Source: Betaproteobacteria bacterium (lineage in GTDB: Bacteria > Pseudomonadota > Gammaproteobacteria > Burkholderiales > SG8-39). Taken from it: a stretch of 52,243 nt of DNA. The position numbers and the translations under genes were made by a program. The stretch covers positions 358-52,600 of the forward strand of contig VBCM01000106.1 of assembly GCA_005883675.1 (NCBI GenBank), given 5' to 3'. This document shows, one piece after another, positions 36,270 to 46,530 of the stretch (positions are counted from its first letter, which is position 1; every line of letters begins with the position of its first letter). The notes beneath the pieces are model-generated. The model was not told the DNA's origin and did no database searches. It worked only from the letters and a program-made list of their open reading frames with translations.

Positions 36270-36869
36270 ATGGCTGAGCGCGACGTTGACCGGCAGCTGG
36301 TCGCGCGGGCGCAGCGTGGCGACAAGCGGGCGTTTGAGCTGCTTGTCGAGAAGTACCAGCGCAAGCTAGGCCGTTTGCTCTCGCGGTTCATCCGCGATCC
36401 GGCCGAGGTCGAAGATGTGACGCAGGAAGCGTTCATCAAGGCCTACCGCGCACTCCCTGCTTTCCGTGGCGACAGCGCTTTTTATACGTGGCTGTACAGG
36501 ATTGGAATTAATACGGCCAAGAACTATCTCATGGCCATGGGGCGGCGGGCGCCGACCTCGACCGAGGTAGAGGCCGAAGAGGCGGAAGGGTTCGAAGAAG
36601 GCGAGCAGCTGCGCGACATCAACACGCCGGAGAGCGTGCTGCTGTCCAACGAGATCGCGGAGACGGTGAACCGCACGATCGAGGCGCTGCCCGAGGAGCT
36701 GCGAAGAGCGATACAGATGCGCGAGATTGAAGGGATGAGTTACGAGGATATCGCGCAAGCCATGGACTGCCCGATCGGCACCGTGCGCTCGCGCATCTTC
36801 CGCGCGCGTGAGGCGATCGCCGAGCAGCTGAGGCCGCTGCTCGGCACGCGCAAGGACAAAAGGTGGTAG
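36270..36869 (+). CDS. rpoE: RNA polymerase sigma factor RpoE (ECF sigma-24)
   Basis: Region 2 is DVTQEAFIKAYRAL and region 4 is MSYEDIAQAMDCPIGTVRSRIFRAREA. Confidence 0.93.
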   Translation: MAERDVDRQLVARAQRGDKRAFELLVEKYQRKLGRLLSRFIRDPAEVEDVTQEAFIKAYRALPAFRGDSAFYTWLYRIGINTAKNYLMAMGRRAPTSTEVEAEEAEGFEEGEQLRDINTPESVLLSNEIAETVNRTIEALPEELRRAIQMREIEGMSYEDIAQAMDCPIGTVRSRIFRAREAIAEQLRPLLGTRKDKRW

Positions 36870-36899
36870 TGCACAAAGGCAGCTGGTAACGGGGGCGGT

Positions 36900-37397
36900 A
36901 TGAAGGAAAACATCTCTGCACTGATGGATGGCGAGCTCGAGGGCCGCGCCGCGGACGAAACGTTCGACCTCCTGCGGCGCGACGGCGAGGCCGCGGACAA
37001 CTGGCGCCTCTATCACCTGATGAGCGACGCGATACGCGGCCAGCGGCGGCTCGTCTCGGCCGGCTTCGTCGAGCGCGTCGCCGCGCGGCTTGCCACCGAG
37101 CCGGCCGTGCTCGCCCCGGGCGCGCTGCCCGGGCGCACGCCGCTGCAGCGCTTCGCGCTCGCCGCCGCCGCGAGCCTCGCCGCCGTGGCGCTGGTCGGCT
37201 GGCTCGCGTTCGCGCCCCCGCCGAAATCGCAGCCGCCCCTGGCGCAGGCGCAGCCGCCGGCCGCGGGCGCCCCGCTGCCCGATGCCGCGAACGACTATCT
37301 GCTCGCCCACCAGGGCTTCTCGCCGCGTGTATCGCTGCAGGGCATGGCGCCGTACGTGCGCACCGTAGCCGAGCGTCCCGACGAGTCGTCCAAGTGA
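36900..37397 (+). CDS. rseA: anti-sigma-E factor (RseA/MucA family)
   Basis: N-terminus MKENISALMDGELE...WRLYHLMSDAIRG, with a central TM segment. Confidence 0.8.
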   Translation: MKENISALMDGELEGRAADETFDLLRRDGEAADNWRLYHLMSDAIRGQRRLVSAGFVERVAARLATEPAVLAPGALPGRTPLQRFALAAAASLAAVALVGWLAFAPPPKSQPPLAQAQPPAAGAPLPDAANDYLLAHQGFSPRVSLQGMAPYVRTVAERPDESSK

Positions 37398-38344
37398 CCG
37401 CGTGGCGCTCGGCGGCACTGCTGTGCATGCCGCTGTTGTCCTTTGTCGGGACGGTGCAGGCACAGACCGACGCGCTCGGCTGGCTGCGCAAGATGCAGGA
37501 CGCCACGCGCAGCCTTTCGTATAGCGGGACGTTCGTCTACCAGCACGGCGGCCGCAGCGAGACTTCGCGCATCACGCGCCTGGCGAGCGCGGATACCGAG
37601 CGGCTCGAAGTGCTCGACGGCATGCCGCGCGAGCTCGTGCGTACGCGCGACACCGTGCGCTGCTATCTGCCGGAGAGCCACGTGGTGAAGGTCGAGCGGC
37701 GCACTCCCGACCGCAACTTCCCCGCGCTGCTGCCCGGCGAGCTCAATACGCTCGCTCGCAACTACGACATCTCGCTCGGCGAGCTGCGCCGCATCGGCGG
37801 CTTCGAATGCCAGGCTGTGGTGCTCGCGCCGAAGGATAACCTGCGCTACGGCTACCGCCTCTACGCCGACACCGGCAGCGGCATGCTGGTCCGCGCGGTA
37901 ACCGTGGACGCCGCCGGCAACGCGGTAGAGCAGTTCACGTTCACCCAGCTCGACATCGGGCGCGTCACCCCGGACATGGTGAAGCCGCGCCATGCCGCCA
38001 CCGGCTGGCGGGTGGAGGACGCCGCCGCGGCGCCCGCGCGACTTGCGGGCTGGAGCGTCAATGCCGAGCTGCCGGGCTTCCACAAGGTGGTCGAGCTCAC
38101 GCGCCGCATGGGCGAATCGAAGCCCGTGGGACAGCTCGTCTTTTCCGACGGGCTTGCCGCCGTGTCGGTGTTCATCGAGCCGCTCGCGCCGCACCGCGAG
38201 CCGGCGCGCACCGGGCTTGCGAGCCTCGGTGCCATCCATATCTATACCCGCGAGGTCGCGAACCACATGGTGACCGTCGTGGGCGAAGCACCCGCTGCAA
38301 GCGTGCAGCGCATCGCTGATGCGGTGCAGTACCGGCGTCCCTAA
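37394..38344 (+). CDS. rseB: sigma-E regulatory protein RseB/MucB
   Basis: Signal peptide, WLRKMQDATRSLSYSGTFVYQ, and its position in the operon. Confidence 0.85.
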   Translation: MTAWRSAALLCMPLLSFVGTVQAQTDALGWLRKMQDATRSLSYSGTFVYQHGGRSETSRITRLASADTERLEVLDGMPRELVRTRDTVRCYLPESHVVKVERRTPDRNFPALLPGELNTLARNYDISLGELRRIGGFECQAVVLAPKDNLRYGYRLYADTGSGMLVRAVTVDAAGNAVEQFTFTQLDIGRVTPDMVKPRHAATGWRVEDAAAAPARLAGWSVNAELPGFHKVVELTRRMGESKPVGQLVFSDGLAAVSVFIEPLAPHREPARTGLASLGAIHIYTREVANHMVTVVGEAPAASVQRIADAVQYRRP

Positions 38345-38360
38345 GAATCAGGAGAGGAAC

Positions 38361-39794
38361 ATGACAACTATTAGAGCCATGGCCGCGCTGTGGCTGACGG
38401 TGTTCTGCCTCGCGGCGCAGGCGCAGCTGCCCGATTTCACGCGCCTTGTGGAGGACCAGGGCAACGCGGTCGTCAACATCAGCACCACGCAGGCGGTGCG
38501 CCGGCCGACCGCGCTGCCGCAGGTACCCGGCATCGAGGACGAGGAGGTACTCGAATTCTTCCGCCGCTTCATCCCGCGCCAGCCCGGCCCCGGGCCCGCG
38601 CCCGGCCCGGGCCCGCGCTCCGAGAGCCGCTCGCTCGGCTCGGGCTTCATCATCAGCACGGACGGCTACGTGCTCACCAATGCGCACGTGGTGGAAGCCG
38701 CCGACGAGATCACGGTCAAGTTCACCGACAAGCGCGAGTTCAAGGCGAAGCTGATCGGCGCCGACAAGCGCACCGACATCGCGCTCCTCAAGATCGACAC
38801 CAGCACGCCGCTGCCTGCAGTGCGCTTCGGCGATCCGGCGAAGCTCAAGGTGGGCGAATGGGTGGTGGCGATCGGCTCGCCCTTCGGCTTCGAGAACACC
38901 GTCACCGCCGGCATCGTCAGCGCGAAGGGGCGCTCGCTGCCCCAGGAAAACTTCGTGCCGTTCATCCAGACCGACGTTGCCATCAACCCGGGCAACTCCG
39001 GCGGTCCGCTCTTCAACCTGCGCGGCGAAGTCGTCGGCATCAATTCGCAGATCTACAGCCGCACCGGCGGCTTCATGGGCCTTTCGTTCGCCATCCCCGC
39101 CGACGTCGCGCTCGACGTGCAGAAGCAGCTGAAGGAGAAGGGCCGCGTGGCGCGCGGGCGTATCGGCGTCGTGATCCAGGAGGTAACGCGCGATCTCGCC
39201 ACGTCCTTCGGCCTCGACCGTGCGCGCGGCGCGCTCGTCAACCAGGTCGAGAAGGGCAGCCCCGCGGAAAAGGCCGGCATTGAACCCACGGACATCATTA
39301 CTGCGTTCGACGGCAAGCCGGTGGAGAGCTCGAGCGACCTGCCGCGCATCGTCGGCTCGACGCGCCCGGGCGCCAACGCCACCGTTGAGCTCTGGCGCAA
39401 AGGTGCCACGAAGAAGCTCACGCTGACGGTAGGCGAGCTGCAGGAGGAGCGTGTCGCCGCCGTCGACAAGCCGCGCCCGCAGAAGTCCGCCGAAGCGCAG
39501 GCGAACCGCCTCGGCATCGTGGTGGCCGAGCTCAGCGCCGAGCAGAAAAAGGAAAGACAGCTCTCGAGCGGCCTCGTGGTCACCGACGTGCGGCCCGACG
39601 CGCGCGCCGACGTGCGCAAAGGCGACATCCTGCTCACGCTCGTGCACAAGGGGCAGCAAACGGAGCTGAAATCCGTCGAGCAGTTCAACAAGCTCCTCGC
39701 CTCGCTCGACAAGAACGCCGTCATCACGCTTCAGGTAAAGCGCGGCGAGAGCACCGCGTTCGTTACCGTCGCGGGTCTTACCGATAAGGGCTAA
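38361..39794 (+). CDS. degP: Do-family serine endoprotease (DegP/DegQ/MucD)
   Basis: Catalytic triad context TNAHV, DIALLK and GNSGGPL, followed by two PDZ domains. Confidence 0.92.
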   Translation: MTTIRAMAALWLTVFCLAAQAQLPDFTRLVEDQGNAVVNISTTQAVRRPTALPQVPGIEDEEVLEFFRRFIPRQPGPGPAPGPGPRSESRSLGSGFIISTDGYVLTNAHVVEAADEITVKFTDKREFKAKLIGADKRTDIALLKIDTSTPLPAVRFGDPAKLKVGEWVVAIGSPFGFENTVTAGIVSAKGRSLPQENFVPFIQTDVAINPGNSGGPLFNLRGEVVGINSQIYSRTGGFMGLSFAIPADVALDVQKQLKEKGRVARGRIGVVIQEVTRDLATSFGLDRARGALVNQVEKGSPAEKAGIEPTDIITAFDGKPVESSSDLPRIVGSTRPGANATVELWRKGATKKLTLTVGELQEERVAAVDKPRPQKSAEAQANRLGIVVAELSAEQKKERQLSSGLVVTDVRPDARADVRKGDILLTLVHKGQQTELKSVEQFNKLLASLDKNAVITLQVKRGESTAFVTVAGLTDKG

Positions 39795-39801
39795 GCGGCC
39801 A

Positions 39802-40014
39802 CTGCGCCTCTACGGGCGCGCGGGCTGCCATCTGTGCGAGCAGATGGCGCGCACGCTCGCCGCCTTCGGCGTCCCGTTCGACGAGCTCGACGTCGACGCC
39901 GATCCCGCGCTTGCGCGCCGGTATGGCGAGCGGGTGCCCGTGCTCATGGACGCTTCCGGCGCCGAGCTCTGCCACGGCCGGCTCGAGCCCGCAGTACTCG
40001 CGCAAATCCAATAA
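39802..40014 (+). CDS. glutaredoxin-like (DUF836) small protein, no canonical start before the CxxC motif
   Basis: My translation is LRLYGRAGCHLCEQMARTL...VPVLMDASGAELCHGRLEPAVLAQIQ*. The first ATG (39844) lies after the CHLC motif. Confidence 0.6.
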   Translation: MRLYGRAGCHLCEQMARTLAAFGVPFDELDVDADPALARRYGERVPVLMDASGAELCHGRLEPAVLAQIQ

Positions 40015-40076
40015 AATAGCGCTTCTGAGGAGGGTGCCGCGGCACCCTCTTTTCTTATGCCGCAGAGCCTGCTTTG

Positions 40077-41876
40077 ATGCCTTCATCCCATATCCGCAAC
40101 TTTTCCATCATCGCGCACATCGACCATGGCAAGTCGACGCTCGCCGATCGCTTCATCGAGATGTGCGGCGGGCTTGCCGGGCGCGAGATGGCCGAGCAGG
40201 TGCTCGACTCGATGGAGCTCGAGCGCGAGCGTGGCATCACCATCAAGGCGCAGACCGCGGCGCTCGAGTATCGCGCTAAGAATGGCGAGCAGTACCTCCT
40301 CAACCTGATCGATACACCGGGCCACGTCGACTTCTCCTACGAGGTCAGCCGCTCGCTCGCCGCGTGCGAAGGCGCCGTGCTGGTGGTGGACGCCTCGCAG
40401 GGCGTCGAGGCGCAGACGGTGGCGAACTGCTACACGGCCATCGAGCAGGGCGTGGAAGTGATTCCGGTGCTGAACAAGATCGACCTCCCCTCCGCCGACC
40501 CGGCGAAGGCGATCCAGGAGATCGAGGACGTGATCGGTATCGCCGCGGGCGATGCGATCCGCGCGAGCGCGAAGACCGGCGAGAACGTCGCCGACATCCT
40601 GGAAGCGGTCATCGCCCGCGTGCCCGCGCCGAAGGGCGATCCTGCCGCGCCGCTGCGGGCGCTGATCATCGATTCCTGGTTCGATAACTATGTGGGCGTC
40701 GTCATGCTGGTGCGGGTGATGGAAGGCACGCTCAAGCCAAAGGACCGCGTCCTGCTGATGAGCACCGAGGCCACGCATCTTTGCGAGCAGGTCGGGGTGT
40801 TCACGCCCAAGGCGAAGCAGAAGGACCAGCTGGCGGCTGGCGAAGTCGGCTACGTCACCGCCGGCGTCAAGGGACTGCGCGAGGCGAAGGTCGGCGACAC
40901 CATCACGCACGCTGACAAGCCCGCGGCGCAGCCGCTGCCCGGCTTCAAGGAAGTGAAGCCCCAGGTGTTCGCCGGCCTCTACCCGGTGGAGGCGAACGAG
41001 TACGAGGCGCTGCGCGAGGCGCTGGAGAAGCTGCACCTCAACGATGCGTCGTTTCACTACGAGCCGGAAACCTCGCAAGCGCTCGGCTTCGGCTTCCGCT
41101 GCGGCTTCTTGGGCCTGCTGCACATGGACATCGTGCAGGAGCGGCTCGAGCGCGAGTACGGCATGCACCTCATCACCACCGCGCCGTCGGTCGTCTACGA
41201 GGTCGTGATGCGCGACGGAGCCGTCGAGCAGGTATCGAACCCCGCCCGCCTGCCCGCGGCGGAAACCATCGCCGAAATCCGCGAGCCGGTGATCGCCACC
41301 AAGGTCTTCGTTCCCCAGGAATACGTGGGACCGGTGATCACGCTGTGCACCGAGCGCCGCGGCACGCAGACCAACATTCATTACTCCGCGCGCCACGTGG
41401 TGATCTCGTACGACCTGCCGCTCAACGAGGTGGTGCTCGATTTCTTCGATCGCCTGAAGTCGCTGACGCGCGGCTACGGCTCGCTCGACTACGAGTTCAA
41501 GGAGTACCGCGCGGCGGACATGGTGCGCCTCGACATCCTGGTCAACGGCGAGCGCGTGGACGCGCTCTCCACCATGGTGCACCGCTCGAACGCCCAGTAC
41601 CGCGGGCGCGACCTCGTCAGCCGGCTGCGCGGGCTCATCCCGCGCCAGATGTTCGACGTCGCCGTGCAGGCCGCCATCGGCGGCCACATCATCGCGCGGG
41701 AGAACGTCAAGGCGCTGCGCAAGAACGTGCTGGCGAAGTGCTACGGCGGCGACGTGACGCGCAAGAGGAAGCTGCTCGAAAAACAGAAAGAAGGGAAAAA
41801 GCGCATGAAGCAAGTGGGCTCGGTCGAGATTCCGCAGGAGGCGTTCCTCGCCGTGCTGCAGCGGAGCGACGCGTGA
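40077..41876 (+). CDS. lepA: translation elongation factor 4 (LepA)
   Basis: [28 protein letters not shown] and NKID motifs, with the full-length C-terminal domain. Confidence 0.96.
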   Translation: MPSSHIRNFSIIAHIDHGKSTLADRFIEMCGGLAGREMAEQVLDSMELERERGITIKAQTAALEYRAKNGEQYLLNLIDTPGHVDFSYEVSRSLAACEGAVLVVDASQGVEAQTVANCYTAIEQGVEVIPVLNKIDLPSADPAKAIQEIEDVIGIAAGDAIRASAKTGENVADILEAVIARVPAPKGDPAAPLRALIIDSWFDNYVGVVMLVRVMEGTLKPKDRVLLMSTEATHLCEQVGVFTPKAKQKDQLAAGEVGYVTAGVKGLREAKVGDTITHADKPAAQPLPGFKEVKPQVFAGLYPVEANEYEALREALEKLHLNDASFHYEPETSQALGFGFRCGFLGLLHMDIVQERLEREYGMHLITTAPSVVYEVVMRDGAVEQVSNPARLPAAETIAEIREPVIATKVFVPQEYVGPVITLCTERRGTQTNIHYSARHVVISYDLPLNEVVLDFFDRLKSLTRGYGSLDYEFKEYRAADMVRLDILVNGERVDALSTMVHRSNAQYRGRDLVSRLRGLIPRQMFDVAVQAAIGGHIIARENVKALRKNVLAKCYGGDVTRKRKLLEKQKEGKKRMKQVGSVEIPQEAFLAVLQRSDA

Positions 41877-42748
41877 ACTTCGCGCTGTTCCTGTTGATTC
41901 TGCTGGTCGTCACGGGCCTGGTGTGGGCGATGGAGGGCGTGACGCTGCGCCGGCGGCGCGAGGCGGCCGCCGCCGAAGCGCTTGCGCGCCTGGACACGGA
42001 GCTGCGCCAGGAGGTCGACGAGAAGCGCGCGCGCATGCGCGAAGAGCAGCGCGCGCGGCTGCTGAAGCAGCCCTGGTGGGTCGAGTATTCCGTCTCGTTC
42101 TTCCCGGTGATCCTGATCGTGTTCCTGCTGCGCTCGTTCCTGGTGGAGCCGTTCAAGATCCCGTCCTCCTCGATGGTGCCGACGCTGCTGGTGGGCGACT
42201 TCATCCTCGTGAACAAGTACGCCTACGGCATCCGGCTGCCGGTGGTGAACAGGAAGATCGTCGAGATCGGCGAGCCGCATCGCGGCGACGTGATGGTGTT
42301 CCGCTACCCCGAGGATCCATCGCTCGACTACATCAAGCGCGTGGTCGGGCTGCCCGGCGATCGCATCGAGTACCGCAACAAGCGCCTGATCATCAACGGC
42401 CGCCTGGTGCCGGAGCGGCAGGTCGACGACTATCTCTCGCGCGAGCGCATGCAGTTCTCGCGCCGCTACATCGAGGCGCTCGACGGCAGTGAGCATGAAA
42501 TACTTCTCGAAGACGACGCGCCCGCCGCCGTGCTGCCGTCACGGGCGGCCGCGGGCAATTGCAACTACAATATGAACGGCCTCGCGTGCACGGTGCCGCC
42601 GGGCCATTACTTCGTGATGGGTGACAACCGCGACAACTCGAGCGACAGCCGGGTCTGGGGATTCGTCCCGGACCAGAACATCGTCGGCAAGGCCTTCTTC
42701 ATCTGGCTGAACCTGAACGAGCTCGGCCGCTTCGGGTCGTTCCGCTAA
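41873..42748 (+). CDS. lepB: signal peptidase I
   Basis: [20 protein letters not shown] and [11 protein letters not shown] motifs. GTGA overlap with lepA. Confidence 0.93.
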   Translation: MNFALFLLILLVVTGLVWAMEGVTLRRRREAAAAEALARLDTELRQEVDEKRARMREEQRARLLKQPWWVEYSVSFFPVILIVFLLRSFLVEPFKIPSSSMVPTLLVGDFILVNKYAYGIRLPVVNRKIVEIGEPHRGDVMVFRYPEDPSLDYIKRVVGLPGDRIEYRNKRLIINGRLVPERQVDDYLSRERMQFSRRYIEALDGSEHEILLEDDAPAAVLPSRAAAGNCNYNMNGLACTVPPGHYFVMGDNRDNSSDSRVWGFVPDQNIVGKAFFIWLNLNELGRFGSFR

Positions 42749-42765
42749 AAAGGCAGGGAGGGCAA

Positions 42766-43122
42766 ATGCGCTGCAAACAACAAGGCTTGAGCCTGATCGC
42801 GCTGATCATCGGCCTCATCGTTCTCGCGTTCGTCGCGCTCTTTGCGATGAAGGTGATTCCGTCGTATCTCGAGTTCCGCTCGGCAAAGAACGCGATCGAC
42901 GCGATCGCGCGCGAGCGGCCCGGCGCCACCGTGGCCGACATCCGGCGCGCGTTCGACAACCGCTCGGCGATCGACGACATCAACACGGTGAAGGCTTCCG
43001 ACCTCGAGATCGGCAAGGAAGGCAACGCCATCGTCATCAGCTTCTCGTACCGCAAGGAAGTGCCGCTCTTGGACAACGTCGGTCTCTACATCGACTACGC
43101 GGCACGCGCCGGAGGGCAGTAG
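42766..43122 (+). CDS. DUF4845 domain protein
   Basis: An N-terminal TM segment followed by VIPSYLEFRSAKNAI. Conserved lepB-rnc position in Betaproteobacteria (from memory). Confidence 0.7.
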   Translation: MRCKQQGLSLIALIIGLIVLAFVALFAMKVIPSYLEFRSAKNAIDAIARERPGATVADIRRAFDNRSAIDDINTVKASDLEIGKEGNAIVISFSYRKEVPLLDNVGLYIDYAARAGGQ

Positions 43123-43791
43123 ATCGGCCCGCGGGCCGCGGACCTCGAAAGCGCGCTCGGCCACCGCTTCGCCCAGCCGGCGCTGCTCGAGCAGGCGCTC
43201 ACGCATCGCAGCCACGGCCCGCTGCACAACGAACGGCTCGAATTCCTCGGCGACGGCGTGCTCGGCTGCGCCATCGCCGAGGAGCTCTACCGCCGCTACG
43301 CCGCGCTGCCCGAGGGAAAGCTCACGCGGCTGCGCGCGAGCCTGGTGCGCGCCGAGGCGCTCGCCGAGCTGGCGCGCGAGCTCGGCCTGCCGGCGCTGCT
43401 GCGCCTGGGCGAAGGCGAGCTGGTGGCGGCCCCGGAGCCGCGCGCCTCGATCCTCGCCGACGCGCTGGAGGCGCTGTTCGGCGCGGTATTCCTCGACGGC
43501 GGCTACGCTGCGGCGCGCGCCGCCGTGCTGCGCGTCTTCGGCGAGCGGCTCGCGCAGCTCGATCCCGAGCGGCCGGCGAAGGACTCCAAGACCGAGCTGC
43601 AGGAGCTGCTGCAGGCCGCCCACCGTCCGCTGCCGGAGTACCGGCTCGTCTCGGTACGCGGTGCGGCGCACCGCCAGTCGTTCGAGGTGCAATGCGTCGT
43701 CGACGAGCTGAGCGCGCGCGGCACCGGCAGCTCGCGCCAGCGCGCTGAGCAGGATGCCGCCCGGGCAATGCTCGACAAGTTGAGCGCTTGA
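43123..43791 (+). CDS. rnc: ribonuclease III (open frame starts directly after the upstream TAG; no ATG/GTG/TTG before the conserved N-terminus)
   Basis: LESALGHRF..ALTHRS...NERLEFLGDGVL, with a C-terminal dsRBD. The first canonical start codon is at 43258, inside the catalytic domain. Confidence 0.9.
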   Translation: MGPRAADLESALGHRFAQPALLEQALTHRSHGPLHNERLEFLGDGVLGCAIAEELYRRYAALPEGKLTRLRASLVRAEALAELARELGLPALLRLGEGELVAAPEPRASILADALEALFGAVFLDGGYAAARAAVLRVFGERLAQLDPERPAKDSKTELQELLQAAHRPLPEYRLVSVRGAAHRQSFEVQCVVDELSARGTGSSRQRAEQDAARAMLDKLSA

Positions 43792-44669
43792 CCCATCGCT
43801 GCGGTACCGTCTCGCTCGTCGGCCGGCCGAACACCGGCAAGTCGAGCCTGCTCAACCGCCTGGTGGGCGAGAAGCTGTCGATCGTCTCGGCGCGGCCGCA
43901 GACCACGCGGCACCTCATCCGCGGCATCCTGTCGCTGCCGCATTGCCAGTACATCTTCCTCGACGCGCCCGGCAATCCGCCGCGGTTGAAGAGCGTGCTG
44001 CACAAGGCGCTCAATCGCCGCGTCGGCGAAGCGGCGACGCAGGCGGACGTCGTGCTTTTCGTACTCGAGGCCCTGCGCTACGGTCCCGAGGACCAGGCCG
44101 CGCTCGAGCGCATTCCGGCCGGGCAGCGGGTCATCGCGGTCGTGAACAAGGTGGACACGGTGAAGCGCAGCGCCGAGCTCATCGCGTTTCTCGACCGCCT
44201 GGCGAAGAGCCACGACTTCGCCGCCATCGTCCCGGTGAGCGCGCGCACCGGAAAAAACCTGCCGGAGCTCTTGCGCGTTGTCGCCGAGGCGTTGCCCGCG
44301 GCGCCGGCAGCCTATCCCGAGGACCAGCTCACCGATCGCGACGAGCGCTTTTTCGCCGCGGAGCGCCTGCGCGAGAAGCTCTTCGAGACGCTTGGCGAGG
44401 AGCTCCCTTACCGCTGCGAGGTGGTGATCGACAGTTTTAAGGAGGAGGGTGCCTTGCGGCGCATCGAGGCCACCATCCTCGTCGAGCGCGGGAGCCAGAA
44501 GGCCATCATCCTCGGCAAGGGCGGCGAGCGCCTGAAGGCCATGGCCACGGCGGCGCGCCGGGACCTCGAGCGTCTCTTCCAGGGCAAGGTCTACCTCGGC
44601 GTGTGGGTGAAAGTGCGCCGTGCCTGGACGGATGACGCTCGCGTCCTGCGACAATTGGGCTATGAGTGA
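43788..44669 (+). CDS. era: GTPase Era
   Basis: GRPNTGKSSL, DAPG, NKVD and a KH domain. TTGA overlap with rnc. Confidence 0.92.
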   Translation: MTHRCGTVSLVGRPNTGKSSLLNRLVGEKLSIVSARPQTTRHLIRGILSLPHCQYIFLDAPGNPPRLKSVLHKALNRRVGEAATQADVVLFVLEALRYGPEDQAALERIPAGQRVIAVVNKVDTVKRSAELIAFLDRLAKSHDFAAIVPVSARTGKNLPELLRVVAEALPAAPAAYPEDQLTDRDERFFAAERLREKLFETLGEELPYRCEVVIDSFKEEGALRRIEATILVERGSQKAIILGKGGERLKAMATAARRDLERLFQGKVYLGVWVKVRRAWTDDARVLRQLGYE

Positions 44670-44687
44670 TAAGCGCGCAACGGCAGA

Positions 44688-45407
44688 ATGAAAAAGCGCG
44701 CCGACCATGAGGCCGGGTACGTGCTCCACACCTACCCGTACAAGGAAACGAGCCTCATCGTCGAGGCCTTTACGCGCCGGCATGGGCGCGTGGCGCTCCT
44801 TGCGCGCGGTGCGCGCCGGCCGCGCTCGGCGATGCGCGGCGTGCTGCTCGCGTTCCATCCGTTGCGGCTGGGCTGGAGCGGCTCCGCCGAGCTCGCGACC
44901 CTGATCAGCGCCGAATGGGGCGGTGGCCTGCAAGTCGCATTTCGTCCCTTATCGGGACGAGGGCTGATGTGCGGCTTCTACCTGAGCGAGCTCATCCTGC
45001 GCCTGCTGCCGCGCGAAGATCCGCACGAGGCGCTGTTCGACGCCTATGCGCAGGCGCTTGCGCGCCTGTCGGCGCAGGACCCGTTCCCCGCCGTGTTGCG
45101 CAGCTTCGAGAAGCGCCTTCTCGCCGAGCTCGGCTACGCCCCGGTCTTCGACCGCGACGCGAGCACCGGCGCGCCGATCGAGCCCGCCGGCTCCTATATC
45201 TATGAGCCCGACCGTGGACCGGTGCGTGCGTCGCACGGCGATCTGGTGATCAGCGGCCGCACGCTGCTCGATCTCGCCGCCGACGACTACAGCCGCAGCG
45301 AAACGCGCGACGAGGCGCGCTACCTGATGCGCGCGCTCATCGGCCAGCGGCTGCATGGCCAGGTGCTGCATACGCGCAGCGTCCTCATGGAGCTGAACGA
45401 GCTGTGA
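44688..45407 (+). CDS. recO: DNA repair protein RecO
   Basis: GYVLHTYPYKETSLIVEAFTRRHGRV and its operon position. Confidence 0.88.
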   Translation: MKKRADHEAGYVLHTYPYKETSLIVEAFTRRHGRVALLARGARRPRSAMRGVLLAFHPLRLGWSGSAELATLISAEWGGGLQVAFRPLSGRGLMCGFYLSELILRLLPREDPHEALFDAYAQALARLSAQDPFPAVLRSFEKRLLAELGYAPVFDRDASTGAPIEPAGSYIYEPDRGPVRASHGDLVISGRTLLDLAADDYSRSETRDEARYLMRALIGQRLHGQVLHTRSVLMELNEL

Positions 45408-46150
45408 TCGAGCTTGGCGTCAACGTCGACCACGTGGCGACCGTGCGCCAGGCGCGGCGCACCTACGAGCCCGACCCGGTCTGGGCGGCGGTCGAGGCCC
45501 ATCTCGGCGGCGCCGACGGCATCACCTGCCACCTGCGCGAAGACCGCCGCCACATCCAGGACGAGGACGTGCGGCGGCTACGCGAGCTCACCCACATCCG
45601 CCTCAACCTCGAGATGGCCGCGACCGAGGAGATGGTTGGCATCGCCTGCCGCATCAAGCCGGAGATGGCGATGCTCGTGCCGGAGGGACGCGCCGAGATC
45701 ACGACCGAGGGCGGGCTCAACATCACGGCGCAGGAAGCGAGTCTGAAGGCCGCCGTCGCCAAGCTGGCGGGCGCAGGTATCATGGTCTCGGTCTTCATCG
45801 ACGCCGAACTGCGCCAGGTGGAGGCCGCGGCGCGCATCGGCGCCGCCGTATGCGAAATCCACACCGGGCCTTATGCGCACGCGTTTCACTCGCGCGGCCG
45901 CGACGCGGAGAGCCCGGCCGTGGTAGCCGAGCTCAAGAAGATCCAGGCGGCGGGCGAGGCGATCCGCGCCGCCGGCATGCGCTTCAACGCCGGACACGCG
46001 CTCAACTACTTCAACGTCGAGCCTGTTGCCGCCCTTCCCGGCGTGCGCGAGCTGCACATCGGCCACGCGATCGTCAGCCGCGCGGTGTTCGTCGGCATGC
46101 GTGAAGCCGTGCGCGAGATGAAGAGCCTCATGGTGCGCGCCGCCCGGTGA
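45404..46150 (+). CDS. pdxJ: pyridoxine 5'-phosphate synthase
   Basis: LGVNVDHVATVRQAR and HLREDRRHI motifs. Confidence 0.93.
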   Translation: MIELGVNVDHVATVRQARRTYEPDPVWAAVEAHLGGADGITCHLREDRRHIQDEDVRRLRELTHIRLNLEMAATEEMVGIACRIKPEMAMLVPEGRAEITTEGGLNITAQEASLKAAVAKLAGAGIMVSVFIDAELRQVEAAARIGAAVCEIHTGPYAHAFHSRGRDAESPAVVAELKKIQAAGEAIRAAGMRFNAGHALNYFNVEPVAALPGVRELHIGHAIVSRAVFVGMREAVREMKSLMVRAAR

Positions 46151-46530
46151 TCTACGGCGTCGGCACCGACGTGGTGGAAATCGGGCGCATCGCAGCGGCG
46201 CTCAAGCGCTACGGCGAGCGCTTCGCGCAGCGCGTCCTGTGCCTGAGCGAGCTCGAGCGCTTCCACAAGCACCGGCTGCCGGCCAATTACCTCGCCAAGC
46301 GCTTCGCCGCCAAGGAAGCCTTCAGCAAGGCGCTCGGCACCGGCATCAAGGCGCCGGCGAACTGGCACGGCGTCTGGGTGCGCAACCTCGCCTCCGGCCA
46401 GCCGGTGCTCGAGTTCTCGGAGGCGCTCGACGCCCTGCTTAAGAAGCGCGGCATTACCTCTGCGCACGTCTCGCTCTCGGACGAAAAAGGGCTGGCCTTC
46501 GCCACCGTCATTCTCGAATGCGAAAAGTAA
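46147..46530 (+). CDS. acpS: holo-ACP synthase
   Basis: IYGVGTDVVEI and AKEAFSKALGTG motifs. Confidence 0.9.
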   Translation: MIYGVGTDVVEIGRIAAALKRYGERFAQRVLCLSELERFHKHRLPANYLAKRFAAKEAFSKALGTGIKAPANWHGVWVRNLASGQPVLEFSEALDALLKKRGITSAHVSLSDEKGLAFATVILECEK

